The translations under genes and the position numbers were made by a program. A stretch of DNA of 64,000 nt from Planctomycetota bacterium (lineage in GTDB: Bacteria; Planctomycetota; B15-G4; JADJEK01). The stretch lies in assembly GCA_044225365.1 (NCBI GenBank), contig JBGAIQ010000023.1, positions 1 through 64,000 of the forward strand, written 5' to 3'. How positions within the stretch are numbered: the stretch's first letter is position 1; each line of letters starts with the position of its first letter. The notes under the pieces are model-generated. The model was not told the origin of the DNA, ran no database searches, and saw nothing but the letters and a program-made list of their open reading frames with translations. Of this stretch, positions 47,363 to 56,443 are shown one piece after another.

Positions 47363-48765
47363 CGTTCCGACTTCCGCTGATCTCGTAGTCTCTCGATGTC
47401 CCGCCGGAGCGAGTCTTCGAACGCTTGAACGGAGTTGCCGTAGACCGCCGATGGATAATCACGGAGCGCCTTCGAGTACCAGTCGATCGCCTTCTCCGAC
47501 TCCCCGATTCGTTCGTAGGAGCGGCCCAGGAGCGCCGCGGCCCCGCGCCGACCATCTGATAATCGACTCATCGCTATTTGCGCATCCTCACCGAGAACGC
47601 CACGATCGAAATCGAGCGCGAAGACCTGCTCGAGGAGCGCGATGACGGCTCGATGGTCGCCGAATTTCGATTCGAGCTCCGCCCATTCGATCAGTGCGTT
47701 TCCGTAATCCATGGTCCACGGATGGACCTCGAGGATGACGCGGAAGAGATCCGCCGCGATCCGATCATCGTGCTTTGCATTGAAGTCGGATTCGAAGACT
47801 CGCGCGAGGCAAAACAGCGCGTGAGAGCGAGACGCGGGACTCGCCACGCTCGAACGCGCCACGGCCTCGCAAGCCTCGATCGAGAACGACTTCGACGTCC
47901 CCGGCTCGAAGCTCCTGATTCGACTGATCTCGAGGCCAACGGCGAGTCGAGTCGGATCGTCGGTCGCAGCGGCGAATTGCCGCCAGAGCAGCTCCAAGAT
48001 CGCGAGGTCGTACTTCGCCGCCGAACTCGCATGGAAGTCCAGCCCGAAGCGGTAGTCCATGAGAGCGCGTACGTTCGCCACGATCTGGCGAGGGCTCGTC
48101 GACTCGGCCGCCGCGCGATCGCCGCTCGACTCCTCGTCCAGAAGGCCCGGGTACTCCCGTCGATTCGTCTCCTGAATGAACCGCGGAACATCGCCATCGA
48201 ACTCGCCGTTCAAGAGTTGATCCAGCATTCGCACGCACCAGACTCCCGACATGAGGTCCTCGCGCGTCTCCTCCGTCTTCCTTCTCAATTCCTCCCGATC
48301 CTCGGCCGTTGCGCACACCAAGAGCGATCGTCGAATCGCATCCTCCGCCCCATTTGCGAGGATCGCGTCGAGCGAGCGAGAGTAGGATTCGGGCCACTTC
48401 GCACTGCTCTCGCGCAGGCGGGAGAGCACATCGGCTCGAACCGAACCCGAAGCGCGACCGAGATCCGCGGAGCGGATTCGTTCACGGATGGCGTCATGCT
48501 TCGCCTTGCGTTCGATGAACAGATCGAGCGCAGCTTTGCTCCCCGCCGCGGTGGGCGTCGAAACCCACTCGACATACCTACGACCCGGTTCGGGGTCGGG
48601 GGCGCAGACGGGCTTGGGATCCGCCCGTTCGCCGGTTGCGCCGTAGCAAACGGGATCGCCGAATGGACTCTCCTGTCGCCTCGCGAGTCCATCTGGAACG
48701 AGGACGCACGCGATGAGACCCGCGACGAGAATGGGCGAGGACTCCCGGAACCCGTTGAAGCGCAT
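47359..48765 (-). CDS. Exported helical/TPR-like hypothetical protein, paralog C
   Basis: Signal-like N-terminus; PVCAPDPEPGRRYV, LELLWRQF, HDDRIAA, LGRSYERIGESEKAIDWY. Confidence 0.65.
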   Translation of the reverse strand: MRFNGFRESSPILVAGLIACVLVPDGLARRQESPFGDPVCYGATGERADPKPVCAPDPEPGRRYVEWVSTPTAAGSKAALDLFIERKAKHDAIRERIRSADLGRASGSVRADVLSRLRESSAKWPESYSRSLDAILANGAEDAIRRSLLVCATAEDREELRRKTEETREDLMSGVWCVRMLDQLLNGEFDGDVPRFIQETNRREYPGLLDEESSGDRAAAESTSPRQIVANVRALMDYRFGLDFHASSAAKYDLAILELLWRQFAAATDDPTRLAVGLEISRIRSFEPGTSKSFSIEACEAVARSSVASPASRSHALFCLARVFESDFNAKHDDRIAADLFRVILEVHPWTMDYGNALIEWAELESKFGDHRAVIALLEQVFALDFDRGVLGEDAQIAMSRLSDGRRGAAALLGRSYERIGESEKAIDWYSKALRDYPSAVYGNSVQAFEDSLRRDIERLRDQRKSER

Positions 48766-48822
48766 GGAACCGTCCGCCTGATCATGTCCCGCGACGGGGT
48801 GAATCCTACTCTCGGAAGCCTC

Positions 48823-50202
48823 TCATTTCGTGGATCCGGTGCGTAGAGACCGCAGCCTCCGATCGATCGCGCGCGCCTCGTACCCCGCGCACGTGCCGCA
48901 CCCACTCTTCATTCGATACTCGTCGCGCGCTCGAAGTAACCACTCGATGGCGCCCTTCCCGTCGCCGATCGCTTCGTAGCATCGCGAGAGGCGCATGGCG
49001 GATTCGTGGCGATAATTCGCGTACCCCTGCATCAGGCCGGCGGGGTCGCAATCGTCGAGGGACGTGTCGAAGATCCGGGGCAGATCCGCGATCACGCGGC
49101 TCGGCTCCGCGAGGCGCTCGTCGAGGATCGACGCGTCGAAGAGCGCGTAGGGAAACTGCGGCGACCCGGTTCCGTGACTCACGACCGCGTGGAAGAACGC
49201 CGCGGCGATTCGGTCGTCCCGATTCGAGTTCACCTCGCTCGCGAAGACGCAGCCCAGTTCGAAGATCGCACGGATCCGGCGCTCGGTCGTCGTCTGCGAG
49301 TCGTCGTTTCCCAGCATCAGGTAGGGAACGTAGAGCTTCACGGCGAAGGGCAGGGTGCCGCGACGGATGGGTGGCGCGAGGGCGTCGACGATCTCGCCCG
49401 CGACGGCGGACAGCGCGGGATACTCCGCGCAGCCATCGAACTCCCTCCACAACAACTCGAGGTAGAGCAGATCGAACGCACGAAGCGGATCGGCGCGACG
49501 CAGGAGGCCGATGGCCTTCGCACGATGCGCCCGCCCCGCCGACGAGTCCGCTGCGGCGATGAATTCGTTTCGAAGGACCTCTGCACCCGCGATGTCCCCG
49601 AACGCTCCCTGATCGATGAGTGGAATCGCTCGTTTCCAATCGCCCCTACGCACGTGATGAAGAAGGCTCGCGCGGATCAGCGACGAAGAAGATTGGGGAT
49701 CCCCTCCCGTCGCGGCCAGGTCGAGCGCGGCTCGATCGTCCGGTGTTTCCAGTAGAAGTCCGATCCGCTGGAGTCGGGCGTCGCCCGTGGGCGCGAAGAG
49801 TCGATCTGCACTTCGTGCACAGTCGACGTAGAAATCCGGCCACCCGTCGGACCTCATCCGCGACTCGGACAAGGGTTCGAAGTGAATTTCCTCGCGTTCA
49901 CCGAGTTCGGCGTTCGAGCCCCATTCCTGGATCGCGCCGACGATCGAACGGTGCTGTTCGCGAAGGAACGCGAACTGGGTCCGCGCGGCGGCGCGTTGCT
50001 CGTTCGTCGGCGCCAGCACCGACTTCACGAACCGTTCACCCGGCTTCGGATCGGCCGCACAAACGGGAGGCGGGACGACCTCGGCCGGATCTTGATCCAT
50101 CGGTTCGAAGAGGGGCTCGCGCCGGAACGACTCGTCCTCGGCCGCGGAGAACTCGGTCGATGCAAGGATCGCTGCGAGCATCAAGAGGGCGCGTAGTCGC
50201 AT
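48823..50202 (-). CDS. Exported helical/TPR-like hypothetical protein, paralog D
   Basis: Signal peptide; PVCAADPKPGERFV, LELLWREF, RDDRIAA, LSRCYEAIGD...AIEWL, CGTC. Confidence 0.65.
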   Translation of the reverse strand: MRLRALLMLAAILASTEFSAAEDESFRREPLFEPMDQDPAEVVPPPVCAADPKPGERFVKSVLAPTNEQRAAARTQFAFLREQHRSIVGAIQEWGSNAELGEREEIHFEPLSESRMRSDGWPDFYVDCARSADRLFAPTGDARLQRIGLLLETPDDRAALDLAATGGDPQSSSSLIRASLLHHVRRGDWKRAIPLIDQGAFGDIAGAEVLRNEFIAAADSSAGRAHRAKAIGLLRRADPLRAFDLLYLELLWREFDGCAEYPALSAVAGEIVDALAPPIRRGTLPFAVKLYVPYLMLGNDDSQTTTERRIRAIFELGCVFASEVNSNRDDRIAAAFFHAVVSHGTGSPQFPYALFDASILDERLAEPSRVIADLPRIFDTSLDDCDPAGLMQGYANYRHESAMRLSRCYEAIGDGKGAIEWLLRARDEYRMKSGCGTCAGYEARAIDRRLRSLRTGSTK

Positions 50203-50286
50203 GATTCGCGACGAGAACGGGCCGCGCGGACGGGAGTTCGTGCGTTTTCGTCGATCTCTACGGTGAGCGAGGGAATCGACCGCTCG

Positions 50287-51636
50287 TCAGAGCGCGCCGC
50301 CGCGCAAGGCCGTCACCGGATCGCGGCTCACCGCGCGCCACGCAGGCCACAGCGCCGCGCAGAGCGTGACGACGAGCAGGATGATCCCGGGGATCGTCGC
50401 GGCGTCGAGGTCGGCGATCGGGCGCGCGAATCCCTTCGGCAGCTCGATCATGTTGAGGCCCGCGACCGACGACAGGCCGAGCAGGAAGCCGACGATGCCG
50501 GACGTCACGCAGACGACGAACGCTTCGAGGAAGACCTGCACGAAGATCCAGCCGCGATGACAACCAAGGGCGCGCTTGAGGCCGAACTCGAACGTGCGCG
50601 CCGTGACCGACATCAAGACCACGTTCGCGACGCCGACCGCGCCGAGCAGGAGGATGAGGATTCCGACCGCGCCGAGGAAGAGCTTCACGCCGCCGAACAC
50701 CGCATCGATCTTGCGGCCGCGCTCGAGCGCGTCGAAGTAGGGCAGGACCGTATTCTTGTCGTCGGGATCGAAATGATAACGATCGGCGAGCGCGCCGCGG
50801 ATCTCGGCGAGTGCTTGCGGTTGGGATTCATAAGATCGCGGCTTCATCACCATGAAACCGGCGCCGCGCGTCTCGAGGCGTTCGAAGACCGTGTAGGGAA
50901 TGAACCCGACGCGCTTGTTCGACACGTAGAACTCGTCGGTGAGTTCGACGTCCTTCATGACGCCGATCACCGTGAACTCGCGCAAGTCCGGCTTGCGTTC
51001 CTCGACGTCGTCGCCGGTGAACGTCGCGCCCTTGTTCTGGCCCTTGATGCGCTTCTGATCGGCCTTCGAAGCGATGCGATCCCAGGACTCCTGGACCGAG
51101 AGGCGGATCTTCTCGCCGACCGCGGGTGCATCGCCGAACAGGTCCTTCTTCGCCTGCGGTCCCATGACCACGACCTGCAGCGCCTGATCGATGTCGGACT
51201 GCGCGAGCCAGCGGCCGTCGGCGAGCGGGACGTTGCAGATCTTGATGTACTCGGGATCGACGCCGACCGGCGTCATCCACGTCTGCTCGTCGCCGCGGAA
51301 CGTCCGTGTGTTCCAGATGTATCCCTTCGGCGAGATCCACTCGATCGCGGTCGCGTTCGATCGGATGCGCGTCATGTCGTCGCGATCGATCAGGATCTGC
51401 TTCTGCGCGCGCGGGTCGCCCTTGGTGTAGGCGGGTTTGTTGAGTCGCAGCAGGGTGAACGAGTCGCCGAAGGCTTCGATCGTCTGGCGCTGCGAGCGTT
51501 CGAATCCGTTCGCGATCGCCGCGAGGATGAAGACCGACGCGACACCCCAAATGATGCCCGCCGCCATCGGGGCGACGCGACGCGCTTCGCGCACGAGAGA
51601 CTCGAGCGTCTCGCGGATGACGAACAACAGGATCAT
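50287..51636 (-). CDS. MacB/FtsX-type ABC transporter permease
   Basis: GIIWGVAS, GRWL...D, GVANVVL, RTFEFGLKRALG, PAWRA..DPVTALR; start ATG 51636. Confidence 0.9.
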   Translation of the reverse strand: MILLFVIRETLESLVREARRVAPMAAGIIWGVASVFILAAIANGFERSQRQTIEAFGDSFTLLRLNKPAYTKGDPRAQKQILIDRDDMTRIRSNATAIEWISPKGYIWNTRTFRGDEQTWMTPVGVDPEYIKICNVPLADGRWLAQSDIDQALQVVVMGPQAKKDLFGDAPAVGEKIRLSVQESWDRIASKADQKRIKGQNKGATFTGDDVEERKPDLREFTVIGVMKDVELTDEFYVSNKRVGFIPYTVFERLETRGAGFMVMKPRSYESQPQALAEIRGALADRYHFDPDDKNTVLPYFDALERGRKIDAVFGGVKLFLGAVGILILLLGAVGVANVVLMSVTARTFEFGLKRALGCHRGWIFVQVFLEAFVVCVTSGIVGFLLGLSSVAGLNMIELPKGFARPIADLDAATIPGIILLVVTLCAALWPAWRAVSRDPVTALRGGAL

Positions 51637-51658
51637 CGCGAGGGTTCTCGCATCGGCA

Positions 51659-52975
51659 TCAGCCCATCTGCATCGGACGGTCCATCGGGAGCAGGATCCG
51701 ATCGCCTTCGGCGACGCCGGAGACGACCTCGGTGTACACACCGTCGCTCACACCGATCTGGACATCGATCGATTCGGTGACCGGCGGACTCGTGCTCTTC
51801 ACACGGGTGACGCGCCATTTGCCGTCGGGAGTGCGCTGCAGGGCTTTCTGGACGAGCGACAACGCGTGATCGCGCTCGTCGACGACGATGACGACGTTCG
51901 CCGTCATGTCGACGCGAAGTTGCTGCTTGTCGGGATCGTCGTTCCCGACCTTGATCAGGATCTTCACCTGGAACGAGGAGATGCCGTTGTTGTCGACCGT
52001 GCCCGCGGGCGCGATCCGCACGACCTCACCCTCGAACTTCTTCTCCTTGAACGCGTCGCTCGTGATGAGGGCGCGCGTCTTGCCAGCGATCCGGCCGAGA
52101 TCGGCTTCATCGACCTTTGCCTGGACGTAGAGCTTCGAGAGATCGCCGAGCGTCAGGATCTTCGTGGCGTTACCGCCGGCCGTGAGGATCGAGGAGACAC
52201 CGTCGCCGACTTCCTTCTCGCGGAGCAGCACGACGCCGTCGATCGGCGAGCGAATCGTCGCTTCCTTGAGCGCGGTCTGCGTGCGATCGTAGGCCGCCTT
52301 CGCCGAGGCGAGATCGGCGTCGGACTGCAGGATTCCAGCCTCGAGCACAGGGAGGTTCGCCTTCACCTGTTGGATGCGGTATTCGACGTTCCTGAGCTTC
52401 AGCTTGGCGTCGTCGAGGATCGCTTCGGATTCGTCGCCGCCGTCGTAGAGCTTTTGGATGCGATCGACTTCGCGCTTCGCGAATTCCATCTCGGGGTCGA
52501 CGAGGCGGACCTTCGCCTCCTCCACGCGCGCCTTGGCCGCCGCGAGGCGGGCCTGCGCCGCCTTCATGTTGGCTTCGTTCTCGTCGTCCTGGGCCTTCAA
52601 CTGCTCGCGATCGAGTTCAGCGAGGACCTGGTTCTTCGTGACGGTATCGCCTTCCTCGACGAATCGCTCCTTGAGGATGCCGCTCGCGCGACTCATCACT
52701 TCGACGCGGGCCTCGGGCTCGATGCGACCGGTCGCCTTGACGCCGTCGATCACGTCCCGGATCTCGACCTTGACGATGCGAGCCTCGTCGAGGGCGGGGG
52801 CTTCCTTGTTCTGCCCGTAGTACCAGTAGGCCGCGCCGCCCGCGCCGAGCACGAGCACGAAGAACAGGGACTGGATGGCGCCGCCGCGTTCGCGGTGAGC
52901 GGATCCACGAGACGCGTGCGCGGACATCGGCGAAGGAGTGGCGTCGATCATCATTTCGTTTGCGTGCAGGATCAC
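51659..52975 (-). CDS. MacA-like periplasmic adaptor (membrane fusion protein)
   Basis: TM anchor, ATGRIEP, V.EGD.V, IRSPIDGVV, VDEADLG. The true start may be slightly downstream. Confidence 0.9.
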   Translation of the reverse strand: MILHANEMMIDATPSPMSAHASRGSAHRERGGAIQSLFFVLVLGAGGAAYWYYGQNKEAPALDEARIVKVEIRDVIDGVKATGRIEPEARVEVMSRASGILKERFVEEGDTVTKNQVLAELDREQLKAQDDENEANMKAAQARLAAAKARVEEAKVRLVDPEMEFAKREVDRIQKLYDGGDESEAILDDAKLKLRNVEYRIQQVKANLPVLEAGILQSDADLASAKAAYDRTQTALKEATIRSPIDGVVLLREKEVGDGVSSILTAGGNATKILTLGDLSKLYVQAKVDEADLGRIAGKTRALITSDAFKEKKFEGEVVRIAPAGTVDNNGISSFQVKILIKVGNDDPDKQQLRVDMTANVVIVVDERDHALSLVQKALQRTPDGKWRVTRVKSTSPPVTESIDVQIGVSDGVYTEVVSGVAEGDRILLPMDRPMQMG

Positions 52976-53706
52976 GCGTGAAGCAGGGTTTCCGGCATGT
53001 TCGCCGGGGGTCCGTCGTAGGCGATCTTGCCATCGCGCACGGCGACCACGCGCAGGGCGCGGCGCGCGAGGGCGGAGTCGTGGGTCACCATGATCAGCGC
53101 GCGCTCGTTGCTGCGCAACTGTTCGAAGAGGTCCATGATCTCGCGGCCGGTCTTGGTATCCAAGTTACCGGTCGGTTCGTCGGCGAGAAGGATCGTAGGG
53201 TCGGACGCGAGCGCGCGCGCGATCGCCACGCGCTGGCGCTGGCCGCCCGAGAGTTGGTCGGGGCGATGCTTCATGCGGGCTTCGAGGCCCACCGCCGCGA
53301 GCGCCCGCTCGGCGCGCTCGCGCCGCTGCCGCGGGCCGACGCCGGCATAGACGAGCGGCAACTCGACGTTGCGCAGGCAGGTCGCGCGGGGAAGCAGATG
53401 GAACGATTGGAAGATGAAGCCGATCTTGCGGTTGCGGACCGACGCGAGCTCGCCCTCGGACATCCGCGCGACGTCGACGTCATCGAGGTAGTAACTGCCG
53501 CCCGAGGGGCTGTCGAGGCAACCCAGGATGTTGAGGACGGTGGACTTACCGGAGCCCGAGGGGCCGACGATCGCGACGTGCTCGCCGTACTCGATCGTGA
53601 GGTCGATGCCATCGACGGCACGCACTTCCCCCGCGCCGGTGCCGTAGATCTTGGCGACCTTCTCGAGGCGTACACAGGTCTTGGTGGCGGTGGGTGCGGC
53701 GTTCAC
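52972..53706 (-). CDS. MacB/LolD-type ABC ATP-binding protein
   Basis: GPSGSGKST, LSGGQRQRVAIARAL, LLADEPTGNLD, VTHD. Confidence 0.95.
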   Translation of the reverse strand: MNAAPTATKTCVRLEKVAKIYGTGAGEVRAVDGIDLTIEYGEHVAIVGPSGSGKSTVLNILGCLDSPSGGSYYLDDVDVARMSEGELASVRNRKIGFIFQSFHLLPRATCLRNVELPLVYAGVGPRQRRERAERALAAVGLEARMKHRPDQLSGGQRQRVAIARALASDPTILLADEPTGNLDTKTGREIMDLFEQLRSNERALIMVTHDSALARRALRVVAVRDGKIAYDGPPANMPETLLHA

Positions 53707-53777
53707 GCAAGGTCAATGTACGGCAAGCGGTGGCAAAGCGTGGGCAGCAATTCGGAGATGCGCAACGGAGCGCCGGG

Positions 53778-53906
53778 CGGAGCGCCGGGCTCTAGCCCGG
53801 CATTGACGACGCCAGGCGGAGCCTGGCGGTCCGGTCTGAACGGACCGCCGGGCTCCAGCCCGGCATCCCTTCAACAAAATAAGAGCCAGGCAGAGCCTGG
53901 CGGTCC
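53778..53906. repeat. Cluster of four REP-like palindromes in alternating orientation (BIME/REPIN-like)
   Basis: Units at 53778-53801, 53811-53833, 53841-53864 and 53885-53906; consensus GGA(C/G)CGCC(G/A)GGC-N4-GCC(C/T)GGC. A 12-bp partial duplication lies at 53766-53777. Confidence 0.85.
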
Positions 53907-53953
53907 AACTCGATCGCGCGCGCTCCCGCGCCACTTCCACCACCACGCCGGGC

Positions 53954-53982
53954 TTGACGGCGCGCGCGGCGTCCCATAGCAT
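53954..53982 (+). promoter_or_regulatory. Putative sigma70 promoter for rpmG-osmC
   Basis: TTGACG, 17-nt spacer, TAGCAT, 72 nt upstream of the rpmG ATG. Confidence 0.6.
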
Positions 53983-54054
53983 GCCCGGTTCGCGTCGCAG
54001 AACGGGTTTCACCGTGCCGGAGACGCCAAGACACGAAGGTTACGGAGTCTCGCC

Positions 54055-54243
54055 ATGGCCAAGAGCAAGGGCAAGCGCGAATACGTCTGGTTGCAGTGCA
54101 CCGAGACGGGCGACCTCAACTATCGCACCGAGATGAGCGTGCAGGGCGGCCTGCCCGAGAAGTTCAAGGGCGCCAACACGGGCCTCAAGAAGTACTCGCC
54201 GCGGCTGCGCAAGGTCACGCTGCACAAGATCAAGCGCGGCTGA
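54055..54243 (+). CDS. rpmG: 50S ribosomal protein L33 (zinc-free type)
   Basis: RE.V.L.CTETG..NY.T, LKKYSPRLRK.TLH; only one Cys; GGAG RBS. Confidence 0.92.
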   Translation: MAKSKGKREYVWLQCTETGDLNYRTEMSVQGGLPEKFKGANTGLKKYSPRLRKVTLHKIKRG

Positions 54244-54250
54244 TCCACCC

Positions 54251-54661
54251 ATGGTGCGGATCGACGTTGCCTACCGCGGCGAACTGCGCTGCGAGGCGAA
54301 GCACGCGCCCTCCGGGGCCACGCTGCTCACGGACGCACCCGTCGACAATCACGGCAAGGGGCAATCGTTCTCGCCGACGGATCTCGTCGCGACCGCTCTC
54401 GGCGCGTGCATGATGACGGTGATGGGGATCGTGGCGCAGCGGCACGGGATCGACCTCAACGGGTCCACCGTCGTCGTCGAGAAGCATATGGTCGCCGACC
54501 CGATCCGGCGCATCGGCAAGCTGCCCTGCGTCATCACGATCAAGACGGCGCTGACTCCCGAGCAGAAGAAGCTCCTCGAGACGGCGGCGCACACCTGCCC
54601 CGTCCACAAGAGCCTGCACCCGGACGTCGAGAAGCCCGTTCAGTTCGTCTACGAGGCCTGA
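54251..54661 (+). CDS. OsmC family protein
   Basis: TDAPVDNHGKG.SFSPTDL..ALGAC, CPVHKSL. Confidence 0.9.
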   Translation: MVRIDVAYRGELRCEAKHAPSGATLLTDAPVDNHGKGQSFSPTDLVATALGACMMTVMGIVAQRHGIDLNGSTVVVEKHMVADPIRRIGKLPCVITIKTALTPEQKKLLETAAHTCPVHKSLHPDVEKPVQFVYEA

Positions 54662-54677
54662 TCGACCCCGCGATCCG

Positions 54678-55499
54678 TCAGTGCGGCTTGTCTTCGTCGC
54701 TGACCCGCGCGCTCTCCAGCAGGAGATGCGTGATCCCGAGCTTCACTCGGTTCTCGGTCGAGTTCGACAATCGCTCCGCGAACGAGAACGCGGAGTTCTT
54801 CACCTCGAACAGGCGCTGGAACAGCATCTTCACCTGGATCTCGAGCGCCTGCGTGAGGTGCTCCGCGGTGACGATGCCGGCTTTCTCGAGCGCGATGCCG
54901 ATCTTCCCGCTCCAACGGGTGTGACCGCGCAGCATCGTGCGCAAGCGATTCGCGTCGACGAAACCCTGATCGACCATGATGTCGCCGAGGCGCGCTCCGG
55001 TCGGTGAATTCGAACTGCTCGCGTGGACGAGGACGCCCTGCTCGAGTTGGAGCGTGAAGGTCTCGGCCTTTGCGCGAACCCACAGAATGCCCGTCTTCTT
55101 CATCATCGACAGGAATTCGAGCAGATCGGCGATCGGGACCGCGGACGTCGAACCGCTGAGCACGCACATCCCGGCCTGCTCGTTCAGCAGGTTGAGAGGT
55201 GGATCGATCCCGGTCGCGTGCGGCGCCTTCGACGATGCCATCGACTTGGCCACGTCGCCCGCGTCCCCCATGTCGCTGTTCATCCCACGGATGCGATGCG
55301 TGGGCTCGAGGATCGCTTCGGAGGCGTCGTCCAGGAGGTCGGCGGCGCGTTCCGCGGCCTCGATAACGAGTTCCGCAGCGCCCCGCGAGCGCAACACGGC
55401 GCGAAATGCGTGCGCGCGCTTCGCGGCGGCACGTCCAGCGGATGCGAGTTCGGCCTTCTCTTCGTCGGTGATCGTCTTCATGCGGGTCTTCGTTTGCAT
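54678..55499 (-). CDS. DUF4388 protein with a MshEN-like motif pair
   Basis: LSG...PIADLLEFL...KTGIL, G.LVHA, RLGDIMVDQGFV, KIGIALEKAGIV..EHLTQALEIQ, LLLESAR..DE. Start is uncertain. Confidence 0.7.
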   Translation of the reverse strand: MQTKTRMKTITDEEKAELASAGRAAAKRAHAFRAVLRSRGAAELVIEAAERAADLLDDASEAILEPTHRIRGMNSDMGDAGDVAKSMASSKAPHATGIDPPLNLLNEQAGMCVLSGSTSAVPIADLLEFLSMMKKTGILWVRAKAETFTLQLEQGVLVHASSSNSPTGARLGDIMVDQGFVDANRLRTMLRGHTRWSGKIGIALEKAGIVTAEHLTQALEIQVKMLFQRLFEVKNSAFSFAERLSNSTENRVKLGITHLLLESARVSDEDKPH

Positions 55500-55646
55500 G
55501 GCCTTCACTCCCAGCTTTTCACCGGGAGAACATCGGCCGTCGACCGGGGATGACTTGAATAGCGAGATTCGAAGATCGGCGATTCCGATGGCGATGCGAA
55601 GGATCACGCGCACTCATCGCATTCGAACCTCGGGCATCCGTCACGC

Positions 55647-56339
55647 TCACAAGCACTCCCGAAGGAACTCCCCGATCGGGCCGATCACTTCCGAGCGCAG
55701 CCCATGCCCGCCCTCGTGCTCGAGCAACCGCGCGGGGACGCCGGCCTTCGCGAGGCGCTCGATCTGCTCGCGCTGCCGGTCGATCGCGATGCTCGCGTCG
55801 CGGCGGCCGTGCACCGCGAGGACCGGCAAGTTCACCGTCGCGAGGTAGGCGTCTTCGAAGAGCTCGGTCTTGATCCTCGTCGCGATCGCGACGAGCGCCT
55901 TGAACTTCGTGGGATGCGAGAGCGCGTGCGCGCCGGCGAGGTAGCCGCCCTGGCTGTAGCCGAGCAGCGCCACCCGACTTGACGCGACGGGATGCTCGGC
56001 GCAGACCGCCGCGATCCGCCGGTCGAGGTGCTCGCCGATGGCCCGCAGCGCCGTTCTGAACTCGACCTGATCGCCCGTGTACTGGTACCAGGCGAACCCG
56101 ATACGGGGCGGCTTCTCCTCGCGCATCTCGACGGGGAAGGGTCCATCGAGGCAGAGCAGGGCCAACCCGGAATCGACGAGCCCCATAGTGCGCTCGCGAA
56201 AGCGCGAGGCGGATTCACCGTACCCGTGCAGCGCGACGACGAGCGGAAATCCCCCATCGGGCACCGCTCCATCCGGCAACACGAGTTCGTGCCGCGCCGC
56301 GATCGTGAAAGGAACCGTTCCCGCGCGAATTGTCGGCAT
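55647..56339 (-). CDS. Phospholipase/carboxylesterase-type alpha/beta hydrolase
   Basis: ALHGYG, GYSQGG, HGRRD, GGH; start ATG 56339. Confidence 0.85.
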   Translation of the reverse strand: MPTIRAGTVPFTIAARHELVLPDGAVPDGGFPLVVALHGYGESASRFRERTMGLVDSGLALLCLDGPFPVEMREEKPPRIGFAWYQYTGDQVEFRTALRAIGEHLDRRIAAVCAEHPVASSRVALLGYSQGGYLAGAHALSHPTKFKALVAIATRIKTELFEDAYLATVNLPVLAVHGRRDASIAIDRQREQIERLAKAGVPARLLEHEGGHGLRSEVIGPIGEFLRECL

Positions 56340-56443
56340 GGTCGTCTCCGGGAGCCCAATACGTTTTGCTATCCTGCCAGACCTTTTCCGGCCCTGTCGA
56401 ATCGAAGATGGTAGACGGCGCAAGCCGCCACTCGGAGCGCGCG

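Noticed and set aside
40580-50286. Defined mobile element with att sites or target-site duplication
   Set aside because: No integrase, transposase or tRNA, and only a trivial CCGTAG match at the two edges. Reported only as a possible insertion region.
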